Origin: an uncultured Chloroflexia bacterium
GTDB taxonomy: Bacteria > Chloroflexota > Limnocylindria > QHBO01
NCBI GenBank assembly: GCA_963770875.1
Contig: CAVYRE010000006.1
Span: forward strand, 393,619 to 457,618
DNA: 64,000 nucleotides
Reading direction: 5' to 3'
The notes under the pieces were generated by a model that did no database searches, was not told the DNA's origin, and saw nothing but the letters and a program-made list of their open reading frames with translations. This document shows positions 11,294-21,225 of the stretch, in pieces (position 1 is the first letter of the stretch; every line of letters starts with the position of its first letter). A program made the position numbers and the translations under genes.

Positions 11294-12841
11294 ATGTCCG
11301 ACGGCGCGCCCCCGGGGTGGGTTCGGGACGCCGTCTTCTACCAGATCTTTCCGGATCGCTTCGCGCGCTCGGGTCGGGTGCATGAGCCGGGACCGATGGA
11401 GGCCTGGGACTCGCCACCGACGACTCACGGCTTCAAGGGCGGCGACCTGTGGGGCATCATCGAGCGGCTCGACCACATCCAGTCGCTCGGGGTCACGGCG
11501 CTGTACCTGAACCCGATCTTCGCCTCCGCCTCGAACCATCGCTTCCACACCTACGACTACTACACGGTCGACCCGCTGCTCGGGGGCAACGAGGCGCTGC
11601 GCCAGCTGCTCGACGAGGCGCATCGACGCGGGATGCGGGTCGTCCTCGATGGCGTCTTCAATCATTCGGGCCGTGGCTTCTGGCCGTTTCACCACGTGCT
11701 GGAGACGGGGCGCCATTCGCCCTACCGTGGCTGGTTTTACCTGGATCCGTCGGCGCTCACGGAGGACCGCCAGCTGCGGGCCTACCCGGGCCGATTCCTG
11801 CCCGGCCAGCTGCCCGCCGACTACGGCGAGACGCATCGGGAGGAACCGGCGTCGATCGAGACGCTCGGGTACCAGGCCTGGTGGAACCTGCCGGCGCTTC
11901 CGAAGCTGAACGTGGGCAATCCTGAGATGCGGGAGTACCTGCTCGCCGTGGCCGAGCACTGGATCCGCTTCGGCGCCGACGGATGGCGGCTGGACGTGGC
12001 CCACGAGATCGAGGACCTCGATTTCTGGGCCGAGTTCCGACGGCGCGTGCGCGCCATCAACCCGGAGGCGTACATCGTCGCCGAGATCTGGTTCGTGGCG
12101 CCCGAGTGGCTCGGCCCGGGCCGTTTCGACGCGGTGATGAACTACCCGCTCGCCTTCGCCATCCTGGGCTTTGCGGCGGGGACGCACCTGGACCTCGGGG
12201 TGGCCGCCGGCCACACGGGGGTGAAGGCCGCGCTGCGGCCCCTCGACGCGAGCCGCTTTGCCGCCCGCCTCGAGCAGCTCCTCGCCGTCTACCCGGCAGA
12301 GCACCTGGCCGCCCAGCTGAACCTGATCGACTCGCACGACACGCCGCGCGCACTGGCCCTGTGCGGTGAGGACGAGGCTTCGCTGCGCATCGCGACCGTG
12401 CTGCAGATGGCCATGCCCGGCGCGCCGAGCATCTACTACGGCGACGAGGTCGGCATGACCGGCCGCGCCGACCCCGACTGCCGCCGCTCGTTCCCGACCG
12501 ATGAGTCGAGCTGGAACCACGACCTGCTGAGCTTCATGCGCGCCGCGGTGCGGGCCCGCGCCGCGGACCTCCCCCTCCGCGGTGACGGGCATCGCACCCT
12601 CGCCGCCGCCGGATCGGCGGTCGCGTTCGAGCGGAGCGCCGGCGCACACCGGTCGGTCGTGGCGGCCAACGCCGGCGAGGTGGCCGCCGAGGTGATCCTG
12701 CCGGGGCCGCTGGAGGTGGCCTCGCTCTCCCCGATCCTGGCCAGCGACCTCCGAGCCGCCGACCTCCGGGGCGCGGCGGACGGCGGCATCGCCCTCACCC
12801 TCCCTGCCCGCTGGGCCGGCATCTGGCGCGTCGGGCCATGA
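11294..12841 (+). CDS. Glycoside hydrolase family 13 (alpha-amylase superfamily), a cytoplasmic alpha-glucosidase / maltodextrin-hydrolysing enzyme.
   Basis: 515 aa. GH13 conserved regions: 'VVLDGVFNH', 'DGWRLDVAHE', 'IVAEIW', 'LIDSHDT'. No signal peptide. Confidence 0.9.
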   Translation: MSDGAPPGWVRDAVFYQIFPDRFARSGRVHEPGPMEAWDSPPTTHGFKGGDLWGIIERLDHIQSLGVTALYLNPIFASASNHRFHTYDYYTVDPLLGGNEALRQLLDEAHRRGMRVVLDGVFNHSGRGFWPFHHVLETGRHSPYRGWFYLDPSALTEDRQLRAYPGRFLPGQLPADYGETHREEPASIETLGYQAWWNLPALPKLNVGNPEMREYLLAVAEHWIRFGADGWRLDVAHEIEDLDFWAEFRRRVRAINPEAYIVAEIWFVAPEWLGPGRFDAVMNYPLAFAILGFAAGTHLDLGVAAGHTGVKAALRPLDASRFAARLEQLLAVYPAEHLAAQLNLIDSHDTPRALALCGEDEASLRIATVLQMAMPGAPSIYYGDEVGMTGRADPDCRRSFPTDESSWNHDLLSFMRAAVRARAADLPLRGDGHRTLAAAGSAVAFERSAGAHRSVVAANAGEVAAEVILPGPLEVASLSPILASDLRAADLRGAADGGIALTLPARWAGIWRVGP

Positions 12842-15800
12842 GGCTCCTCCCCGCCGCTCGCCGCCCGCGGCTGATGGTGGCGGCCGTGGTGGTCGTGACC
12901 CTGCTGGTGGTCGCGGGTGCCATCGTGCTGCCGCGCCTCGGCCCCGGACCGACCGCGGTGGCCCTGGCGCCCGACCTGCCGCCGCTCGCCGCCGACGGAC
13001 AGATCTCGGTCGCCGACCTCGCGCACGACAGCCGCGACGACCTGTACCGCACTCCGTACGGGGCGGTGCCAGCCGGGACGGTGGTCACCCTCCGCCTCCG
13101 CGCCGCGGCCGGCGACCTGACCGAGGCGTCGGTCCGCATCTACGACACCCGCGCCCAGGGCCAGGTCATCATCCCGATGACGGTGGCCGCGCGCGACAGC
13201 ACCAGCGGCAAGCACGGCTACGACTACTGGCAGGTCGAGATCCCGACGATCCGGCTGCCGACCGTCCTCTACTACCGCTTCATCGTGCGGGACGGCACCG
13301 CGACCAGCTACCTCGAGGACGATGCCGCGCTCGACGGCGGCCCCGGACAGGCGCTCGAGAAGTCAGCCGATCAAAGCTGGCAGATCGACACCTACGAGCC
13401 CGATTTCACGACGCCGGCGTGGGCCGCCGGCGCGACCGTCTACCAGGTCTTCCCGGATCGGTTCGCGAACGGCAACCCGGCCAACGACCCGTCGCCAAGC
13501 AACGTGCCGGGCACCACCGGCGCGGATCGCTATCGGTTCGGTGATGTCTACGGCAACCCGATCCTGGCCAAGGCCTGGACCGACCTGCCGGAGGGCTACT
13601 GCCGCGCCTACAAGGCGGCCGCCACGCCCTGCACCGAGCAGCCGCTGGGCCGCGACTTCTTCGGCGGCGACCTGGCCGGCCTGACGCAGCACATCGGCGA
13701 CCTGGCCGGCCTGGGGGTCACCGTGATCTACCTCAACCCGATCTTCGCCGCGCCGTCGAACCATCGCTACGACACCAGCGACTACCTCCAGATCGACCCC
13801 GACCTCGGCACCCTGGCTGACTTCACCGCGTTCGTGACCGCTGCGCACGCTGCGGGCATGAAGGTGGTCCTCGACGGGGTCTTCAACCACACCTCCTCCG
13901 ACTCCCCGTTCTTCGACCGATCGCACCACTACCCCGAAGTGGGAGCCTGCGAGTCCGCCGACTCGCCGTATGCGACCTGGTACACGCTGCAGCCTGGCCC
14001 CCCGGCCAAGTGCTTCAACGGCCAGACCTACGTCGACTGGTTCGGGTTCGATACGCTCGCCGTGCTCTCCGACGATCCCGCCGTGTTCGCGTACTTCAAC
14101 AGTCCGGACGGCGTGGTGCGGCACTGGCTGCAGGCCGGCATCGATGGCTGGCGCCTCGACGTCATGAACGAGCTCGGCACCGACTTCCTGCGTGGCCTCC
14201 GCCACGCCGTCAAGACCGAGAATCCCAACGCGCTCGTCCTCGGCGAGGAGTGGAACGACTCGTCCCCATGGCTGCTCGGCGACCAGGCCGACGGGGTGAT
14301 GAACTACCGCTTCCGGCGCGCGGTGATTGGCCTGGTCAACGGCGAGACGGCGGACCCCGACGGCCTGATCGCCGGCCTCTCCCCGAGCGCGTTCGCCGCG
14401 ACGATGACGAGCGTGCAGGAGGACTACCCCGCGCCCGCCTGGAACGCGCTCCTCAACCTGGTCGACAGCCATGACACGGCGCGCATCCTGTGGACCCTGA
14501 CGCCCGGCGACGACAACCGCGCGGCCAAGGAGGCTGCTGCAGCGCTCGAGCAGGGGAAAGCCAAGCTGCGGCAGGTGGCGGCGCTGCAGCTCACCTGGCC
14601 AGGCATGGCCTCGATCTACTACGGGGACGAGGTGGGACTGACCGGCCACGACGACCCCGACGACCGCCGGCCCTACCCGTGGGGCTCCGAGGACGGGGCG
14701 CTGCGGGCGTACTACGCGCAGCTCGCGGGACCTGCGACGCGATCGACGAGGTGCTGCGGACCGGCGCCCTGAAGTTCCTGCTGGCGGATGACACGGCGCC
14801 ACGTGCTCGCGTTCGGGCGCCGGACCGACAGCGAGGCGGCGGTCACCGTCCTGAACCTGGCCGACGAGCAGCGCGAGGTCACGATCGACGTGCGCGGCTG
14901 GCTGCCGGACGGGACGGAGCTGACCAGGGAGCTGGGCGGCGGCACGGCGATCGTGGAATCCGGGCGATCAAGGTCACCCTCGATCCGCGCGGCGCCGAGG
15001 TCCTCCTCACCGACGCGGGACTGGACCTGGCGCCGCCGGCCGCGCCGAGCGGGCTCACGGCCGCGGCGGAGGCCGGGAAGGTGACCCTCGCCTGGCAGCC
15101 GGTCGCGGATGCCGCCGGCTACACCGTCTGGCGCTCGATCGTCACCGGTGGCGGCTATGAGGAGGTCGGGCAGATGATCACCGCGACCTCCTTCGTTGAC
15201 ACGAAGGCACGCAGCGGGACGCGCTACCACTATGTCGTCGTAGCACAGGACGCCGCCGGCAACGCCGGCCCACGCTCCAAGGAGGTCGACGCGCTTCCCC
15301 AGCTGGTGGTCGCCGACGCCCGACTCGAAGGCCCGGAATCGGTCTCGCAGCCGCTCTCCGCCGTGGAGCCGGGCGTCAAGATCGCGGCGCGGGTCAAGGT
15401 CGACGGCTACAGCCCGGCGGAGGGGGCCACGATCGGCATCGTCGCCCAGCTCGGCTTCGGTCCCGCCACCAGCACTCCCGACGAAGGCTGGACCTGGTCG
15501 GCAATGACGTACGACAGCGATGTCGACGGTGCCGATCGCTTCGGCGGGACGGTGCGGCCCGAGGCGGTCGGCACCTGGGCGGTGGCCCTGCGCGTCTCCA
15601 CCGATGCGGGGGCAACCTGGCAGCTCGCCGATCGCGACGGCATCGGGTTCGCATCGGCGCAGGCGGTCAGCCTCGACGCCACGGCGCCCTCCGATACCCA
15701 GCCTCCAGCCGCGCCCGGCGGAGCGCGCGCAGCCGTCGTCTCCGATGCGGCCGTGGTGCTGGCCTGGGAGCCGGTGAGCGCCGACGACCTGTTCCGCTAC

Positions 15801-16310
15801 GAGGTGCGCCGCTCCGATGCGGCGGGCGGACCATACGAGACCGTCGGCCTCAGCACGGAGCCGAGCTTCACCGACGCGACGGTCCACTCCGGCGGGACCT
15901 ACTACTACGTCGTGGTCGCCCAGGACAGCAGCTTCAACCGCTCCCCGCCGTCGAACGAGGTGGTCGCCGCGGCGGCATCCCGCCAGGTGGCGGTCACCTT
16001 CACGGTCCATGCGCCTGCGAACACGCCAGCGGGCGACACCCTGTACATCGCCGGCGACTTCCAGAACTGGAATCCGGGCGCGACGCCGATGAAGCGCGTC
16101 GACGCGCTCACCTGGACGATCACGCTGCCATTCACCGAGAACGCCGCGCCGCAGTACAAGTTCACCCGGGGAAGCTGGGACGCCGTGGAGAAGGATGCGG
16201 GATGCGGCGAGATCCCGAACCGAAGCATCACGGTCACGTTTGGAACCGATGGCGCGCAGGCGGTCGATCAGAAGGTCGACAAGTGGCGCGACATCGATCA
16301 ATGCGGCTGA
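12838..16310 (+). CDS. Large membrane-anchored extracellular GH13 amylase/pullulanase-like enzyme. It carries a GH13 catalytic core, a C-terminal beta domain, two FN3-like repeats and a C-terminal starch-binding-like module. Three apparent frameshifts interrupt it (~14735, ~14785, ~14960).
   Basis: N-terminal signal anchor 'MRLLPAARRPRLMVAAVVVVTLLVVAGAIVL'. GH13 regions 'KVVLDGVFNHTS', 'DGWRLDVMNE', 'LGEEWN', 'LVDSHDT'. The reading frame hops across three ORFs (12838..14772, 14788..15084, 14490..16310) with colinear amylase homology ('RHVLAFGRRTDSEAAVTVLNLADEQ'). FN3-like 'GYTVWRS...YHYVVVAQDAAGN' occurs twice. C-terminus 'LYIAGDFQNWNP...YKFTRGSWDAVE'. Confidence 0.8.
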
Positions 16311-16345
16311 GGCGCGCCGGGCGGGAGAGCGGTAAGGTACGTGGC

Positions 16346-16567
16346 ATGGCTCGCAAGCGCACCCCGGACCGGGAGATCGACCTTGGTCGCGCACCATCCA
16401 CCGAGGGGCTCGAAGTGATCGAGAACGATCCATCCGCCGAGCCTGCGCCATCTCCGCCGGTGAACCTGCTCGCCGGCCTCCCACCGCTACGGGAGGTGCC
16501 CTACGCGAGGCCCTCCGAGGACAGGACCGGGGCGAAGGGGATCTGGACGGCGCTCGAGCATCTGTGA
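16346..16567 (+). CDS. Small hypothetical protein (73 aa).
   Basis: ATG with a weak AAGG upstream; unremarkable composition; no recognisable family. Weak call. Confidence 0.3.
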   Translation: MARKRTPDREIDLGRAPSTEGLEVIENDPSAEPAPSPPVNLLAGLPPLREVPYARPSEDRTGAKGIWTALEHL

Positions 16568-17220
16568 GGGGGCACGGCGGGGTGCGGGGGACCCATTCGT
16601 CTGTTGGCGTGGCCTGGCGCGGTCTCCCGATCGCCCTGCTCGCGTTCCTGCTGACCGCCGGATGCGGCCTCTTCCCGTCGCCGAGCCCGTCGACGGCGCC
16701 GAGCGTCCGGCCTTCCCTGGCGCCCACCGCCACGGCGCAGCCGACTCCGACCGAGGAGCCCGGGCTGAAGCTGCCGGCGCCGCTGGCCAGCGACCCGACC
16801 GCGATCAGCTACAAGATCAACGTGAGGATCGAAGCGGGCGCCTCCGGGCAGCTGGAGGTGGTGGTCACGAACCTGACCCAGACCCTCGTCCAGGAGCTCG
16901 TCCTGCGCTGGCCGACGGCGGTCAAGCAGACGATCTTCCTCGCGCCCTTCGCGCCGTCGCAGCAGCGGATCCGCGAAGGCGGCGACCCGCTGGTCCAGGA
17001 CTGGACGAAGTGGGTCGATGGACCGGGGGAGAATGGCGAGCCGGCGGGCACGACCTCGCTCGGCTGGGGCCCCCTCCTGCCGGGCGGGACGCTGACGATC
17101 CCGGTCCTGGCCACGCGGGTCGCGCCGGGCCCGCTCACCTTCGATTTCCAGTTCCTCAACGGCGGGGCGATCCTGCTCAGCGACGGGATTCCGGCCTGGA
17201 CCAAGGTGACCGTCCCGTGA
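16564..17220 (+). CDS. Putative lipoprotein (hypothetical). The likely true start is an internal GTG near 16609 giving 'MAWRGLPIALLAFLLTAGC'.
   Basis: Lipobox LTAGC followed by a Pro/Ser/Thr-rich linker; overlaps downstream methyltransferase start by stop/start fusion. Confidence 0.6.
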   Translation: MRGHGGVRGTHSSVGVAWRGLPIALLAFLLTAGCGLFPSPSPSTAPSVRPSLAPTATAQPTPTEEPGLKLPAPLASDPTAISYKINVRIEAGASGQLEVVVTNLTQTLVQELVLRWPTAVKQTIFLAPFAPSQQRIREGGDPLVQDWTKWVDGPGENGEPAGTTSLGWGPLLPGGTLTIPVLATRVAPGPLTFDFQFLNGGAILLSDGIPAWTKVTVP

Positions 17221-17912
17221 TGCACGCCATCCTGCCCGCCTGGACCGATCCGGACCCGCTCCTCCACGCCCGGCTGGGCGAGGTGATCGACCCCGAGCGC
17301 AAGGTGCTCGCCGCCCTCGAGCGGATCGTCCCCCTCGCCGGCAAGCGGATCGCCGACGTCGGGACGGGAATCGGCCACTACCCGATGCTCCTCGCCCGGC
17401 ACACCGGGCGAACCTACGGGATCGAGTCGGAGCCGGCGCTCCTCGACGTGGCACGGCAGCGTGCCGCGGCCGCGCACCAGCCGAACCTGCGGATCGTGGA
17501 GGGCGGGCTGAGTGCGCTGCCGCTCCACGACGAGGCGGTCGACGTGGTGCTCTGCGGGCTCATCGAGCCCGACGACGCGTCGCTCCCCGCCATCGCCGAG
17601 CTGCTGCGCGTGCTGCGCCCCGGCGGCCGGCTCATCGTCATCGGCTACTACGGGCGAGACCAGGTCGGCAGCCTCCTGGAGCCGGAGGTGGTGCACCATG
17701 CCTACGAGGCGACGCAACGCCGGACCGGCTGGTGGCTGCGCCACGGCTTCAAGATCAAGGTGGTCCACAGCCGCCTCGACATCTCCGACGCGGCCACTGC
17801 CATGGAGCTCCTGCCACGCCTGTACGGCGACCGCGGACGGGCGTTCCTGATGGCTCCCCACCCTCCGTCGCTCACCCTGAAGCTGGGCCTCTACCACCTC
17901 GCCAAGCGGTGA
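17220..17912 (+). CDS. Class I SAM-dependent methyltransferase.
   Basis: 230 aa with a 'IADVGTGIGHYP' SAM-binding motif I and 'LRPGGRLIVIGYY'. Its ATG overlaps the upstream stop. Confidence 0.85.
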   Translation: MHAILPAWTDPDPLLHARLGEVIDPERKVLAALERIVPLAGKRIADVGTGIGHYPMLLARHTGRTYGIESEPALLDVARQRAAAAHQPNLRIVEGGLSALPLHDEAVDVVLCGLIEPDDASLPAIAELLRVLRPGGRLIVIGYYGRDQVGSLLEPEVVHHAYEATQRRTGWWLRHGFKIKVVHSRLDISDAATAMELLPRLYGDRGRAFLMAPHPPSLTLKLGLYHLAKR

Positions 17913-17963
17913 CAAAAGGACCTTGCGGGCACCTGGTGCGGCCTCTATGATTCCCGCCGTCGA

Positions 17964-17996
17964 AGGCCAGGCTCTTCTCCCCCCGGAGCCTGGCCT
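17964..17996 (+). terminator. 11-bp stem hairpin (aggccaggctc / gagcctggcct), a candidate terminator after the methyltransferase.
   Basis: Perfect inverted repeat seen in the 195-nt intergenic region. Confidence 0.35.
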
Positions 17997-18106
17997 TTGG
18001 CATGTCCGCTCACTTCGCCGGGTGCCATAATGGCCGCAGACCCACGGTGATCGCCCGCGTTTCCGGCACGGGCGCGACCTGCATTCGCGGAGGCCGATGA
18101 GGCGAG

Positions 18107-19702
18107 ATGGCCACCACCACACCCCGCATGAAAATCACCTATGCGACCCTCTCGGCCGACAACGAGGAGCTGCAGTCGGCCTTCGACGCGGCTGTCGAGC
18201 GGGCACGCGGCCAGCTGGGACGCTCCTACCCGATGCTGATCGGCGCCGAGGAGCGACACGGCGCGGCCGAGTTCGAGGACCGCTCCCCGATCGACTCGAC
18301 GATCGTCGTCTCGCGCTTCCCGGTCGGGACGCGGCAGGACGTGCGGGACGCGATCGCTGCGGCGCGAGCCGCCTTCCCGGCCTGGCGTGACCTCGGCTGG
18401 CGGAAGCGCCTGGAGCTGATCCGCCGCGCCGCCGACCTGATCAGCGAGCGGCAGTTCGACTACGCCGCGCTGATGGCCTTCGAGGTCGGCAAGAACCGGC
18501 TCGAGGCGCTCGGCGACGTCGAGGAGACGGCCGACCTGCTGCGCTACTACAGCGACGGGATGGAGCAGGCGAACGGCTTCGTGAAGCCGATGGGCTCGCT
18601 CTCCCCGGCCGAGCACACCCGCTCGATCCTCAAGCCGCATGGCGTGTGGGGGGTGATCGGCCCATTCAACTTCCCGATGGCGCTCGTCGGTGGCCCGGCC
18701 GCCGGCGCGCTGATCGCCGGCAACACGGTCGTGATGAAGCCCTCCTCCGACGCGCCGCTGATGGCCTACAAGTTCTGCGAGGCCCTGCGCGACGCCGGCA
18801 TCCCGCCGGGCGTCGTCAACCTGGTGACCGGCCGCGGCGACACGGTCGGCGCCGAGCTGGAGGAGAACCCCGAACTCGACGGGATGGTCTTCACCGGCAG
18901 CTACGAGGTCGGGATGCGCCTCTACACCGGCTTCACCAAGGCCTACCCCCGCCCGATCATCACCGAGATGGGCGGCAAGAACCCGTCGATCGTCACCGCC
19001 AGCGCCGACCTCGACGAGGCGGCGGAGGGCGTGATGCGCTCCGCCTTCGGCTACGACGGGCAGAAGTGCAGCGCCAACAGCCGCGTCTACGTCGAGCGCG
19101 CCGTGGCGCGTCCCTTCCTCGACCTCCTGGCCGAGAAGGCGAAGAAGATCAAGGTGGGTGACCCGACCCGCCGCGAGAACTGGATGGGGCCGGTGATCGA
19201 CGCGCGCTCCCTGCAGAAGTTCACCGATGCCGTCGCCGAGGCGACGCGCGACGGGGGGACGATCGAGGCAGGAGGCGAGGTGCTCCATGGTCCCGAGACC
19301 GAGCACGGCCACTTCCCGACCCCGACCGTGGTGAGCGGGCTGCCGACCACGCACCGGCTCTTCCGCGACGAGCTCTTCGTGCCATTCATCGTGGTCGGCG
19401 AGGTCGACTCGCTCGACGAGGCGCTGCGCCTCGCGAACGACACCGCCTACGGCCTGACGGCCGGGATCTTCAGCCACGACGACGAGCAGATCGGACGCTT
19501 CCTGGACACGATCCAGGCGGGCGTCGTCTACGTGAACCGCCGCGCCGGCGCGACGACCGGCGCGTGGCCCGGGATCCAGAGCTTCGGCGGATGGAAGGGC
19601 TCCGGCTCGTCGGGCAAGAGCGGCCTCGGCCCGTACTACGTGATGCAGTTCCTGCGCGAGCAGTCGCAGACGGTGATGGGACAGGAGCCACCCCCGGCGT
19701 GA
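18107..19702 (+). CDS. Aldehyde dehydrogenase family protein, most similar in layout to L-glutamate-gamma-semialdehyde (1-pyrroline-5-carboxylate) dehydrogenase.
   Basis: 531 aa, 'FNFPMALV...VMKPSSDAPL', 'EMGGKNPSIV', catalytic Cys in 'GQKCSANSR'. The ~530-aa size and N-terminal extension are typical of RocA/PruA-type enzymes. Confidence 0.85.
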   Translation: MATTTPRMKITYATLSADNEELQSAFDAAVERARGQLGRSYPMLIGAEERHGAAEFEDRSPIDSTIVVSRFPVGTRQDVRDAIAAARAAFPAWRDLGWRKRLELIRRAADLISERQFDYAALMAFEVGKNRLEALGDVEETADLLRYYSDGMEQANGFVKPMGSLSPAEHTRSILKPHGVWGVIGPFNFPMALVGGPAAGALIAGNTVVMKPSSDAPLMAYKFCEALRDAGIPPGVVNLVTGRGDTVGAELEENPELDGMVFTGSYEVGMRLYTGFTKAYPRPIITEMGGKNPSIVTASADLDEAAEGVMRSAFGYDGQKCSANSRVYVERAVARPFLDLLAEKAKKIKVGDPTRRENWMGPVIDARSLQKFTDAVAEATRDGGTIEAGGEVLHGPETEHGHFPTPTVVSGLPTTHRLFRDELFVPFIVVGEVDSLDEALRLANDTAYGLTAGIFSHDDEQIGRFLDTIQAGVVYVNRRAGATTGAWPGIQSFGGWKGSGSSGKSGLGPYYVMQFLREQSQTVMGQEPPPA

Positions 19703-20094
19703 CGGCCGAGGAGCTCACCCTCGAGCCGGTCGTCGACCCGAGCGGCTGGTTCAGCGTCCAGCTGCGCTACGCCTACCTGGTCGAGGGTGCGCCGATCATG
19801 ATCGAGGATCGCGTGGTGCTCGTCGACGGCGTGGACGAGGAGACGGCACTCGGCCGCGCCATCGAGGTCGCCGAGGAGTACGAGGACGAGTTCGAGACCG
19901 ATCGCGGCGAGACCGGGATGATCCGCTTCGAGGGGATCGTGGCGCTCAAGGAACTCGATGACCCGCCGGCGGCCGGGACCGAGGTCTGGCACGAGTTCAT
20001 GGCCGCGCGCGGCGTCGACGGCGCGACCGACGGCGAGCCGCTCCCCGAGCTGCGCCCGGTCGAGATGGCCTTCCCCCGCGCCCACGACGACTGA
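19699..20094 (+). CDS. Acidic hypothetical protein (131 aa).
   Basis: GTG start overlapping the upstream TGA (GTGA); coherent non-repetitive sequence 'VQLRYAYLVEGAPIMIEDRVVLVDGVDEETALGRAIEVAEEYEDEFE'. Confidence 0.5.
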   Translation: MTAEELTLEPVVDPSGWFSVQLRYAYLVEGAPIMIEDRVVLVDGVDEETALGRAIEVAEEYEDEFETDRGETGMIRFEGIVALKELDDPPAAGTEVWHEFMAARGVDGATDGEPLPELRPVEMAFPRAHDD

Positions 20095-21156
20095 TGCCCT
20101 GGCGCCTGGCCGCCTATCGCGCCGTCCGGCCGCTCCTCTTCCGAATTGACTCCGAGCGCATCCATGGGCTGAGCCTTGGCGCGCTGCGCGGTAGCGGGCC
20201 GCACGGCAATCGGGCTCGACCTGGCGGCGCTCGCCGGCGACGCCTCGCTGGGTGCGGATGCGGTCGAGGTGGCGGGGATCCGCTTCCGCAGCCGGATCGG
20301 GCTCGGCGCGGGATTTGACAAGGATGCGCTCGCGCTCCGCGGCTGGGCGGCGCTGGGACTCGGGTTCGCGGAGGTCGGGACGGTCACCCCGCTGCCACAG
20401 CCCGGGAACCCGCGGCCGCGCCTCTTCCGCCTTCCCGAGGACGAGGCGCTCATCAACCGGATGGGCTTCAACAACGCCGGGGCGGAGGAGGTGGCGCGCA
20501 ACCTCGAGGCTGCGCGTCCGCGCCTGCCCGCCGGGTTCGTGGTCGGGGTGAACATCGGCCGCAATGCCGCGACGCCACCCGAGCAGTCGGCGCGCGACTA
20601 CCTCGCGGCGCAGCGGCTGCTCGCCCCGCTCGCCGACTACCTGGCGGTGAACGTCTCGTCGCCGAACACGCCGGGTCTGCGCGACCTCCAGGCGCCCGGG
20701 CGGCTCCGGGAGCTGCTGACCGCCTTGAACGAGGCGGGGCAGCAGGGCGGATTCGCACGGCCGATCTTCGTCAAGCTTGCGCCGGACCTCACGGCGGGCG
20801 ACCTGGAGGCGGTGCTGACCGCCGTGCTCGAGATCCCCACCCAGGGGCTGATCCTGTCCAACACGACGATCGCGCGCGACCGGCTCCGCTCGCCCGCGGA
20901 GCTCACCGCTGAGGCGGGCGGGCTCTCCGGTGCGCCGCTCCTGGTCCGCACCCGTGGCGCCGTGCGTCGGATGCGTGCCCTCGTCGGCGAGCGCATGGCG
21001 ATCGTCGCCTCGGGCGGGATCGGTTCCGCGGAGGAGGCGGCGGCGCTCGTCGGCGCCGGCGCCGACCTGGTGCAGCTGTGGACCGGTCTGGTGTACGCGG
21101 GGCCGGCGCTGATCGGCGCAGCAACGAAAGCGATCAGGGGCATCTCGAGGGGCTGA
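20094..21156 (+). CDS. pyrD: Dihydroorotate dehydrogenase (quinone), class 2, with an apparent frameshift near nt 20190-20230.
   Basis: N-terminus 'MPWRLAAYRAVRPLLFRIDSERIHGLSLGALR' is in frame 1. The rest is in ORF 20176..21156 ('GLGAGFDKD', 'GTVTPLPQPGNPRPRLFRL', 'NVSSPNTPGLRDLQ', 'GLSGAPL', 'ASGGIGSAEEA'). Confidence 0.85.
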
Positions 21157-21225
21157 TACCATAGGTGGACATCTAGCCAGGGGCGCGGGCAGGACGCGCC
21201 GCTCCACTCGGAGTTCTTGGTAGCG

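Noticed and set aside
10334-12649. 771-aa reverse-strand ORF.
   Set aside because: It is antisense to the MalG-like permease and the cytoplasmic GH13; no coherent motifs.
14712-16733. 673-aa reverse-strand ORF.
   Set aside because: It is antisense to the FN3/CBM portion of the amylase; low-complexity Arg/Gly-rich translation.
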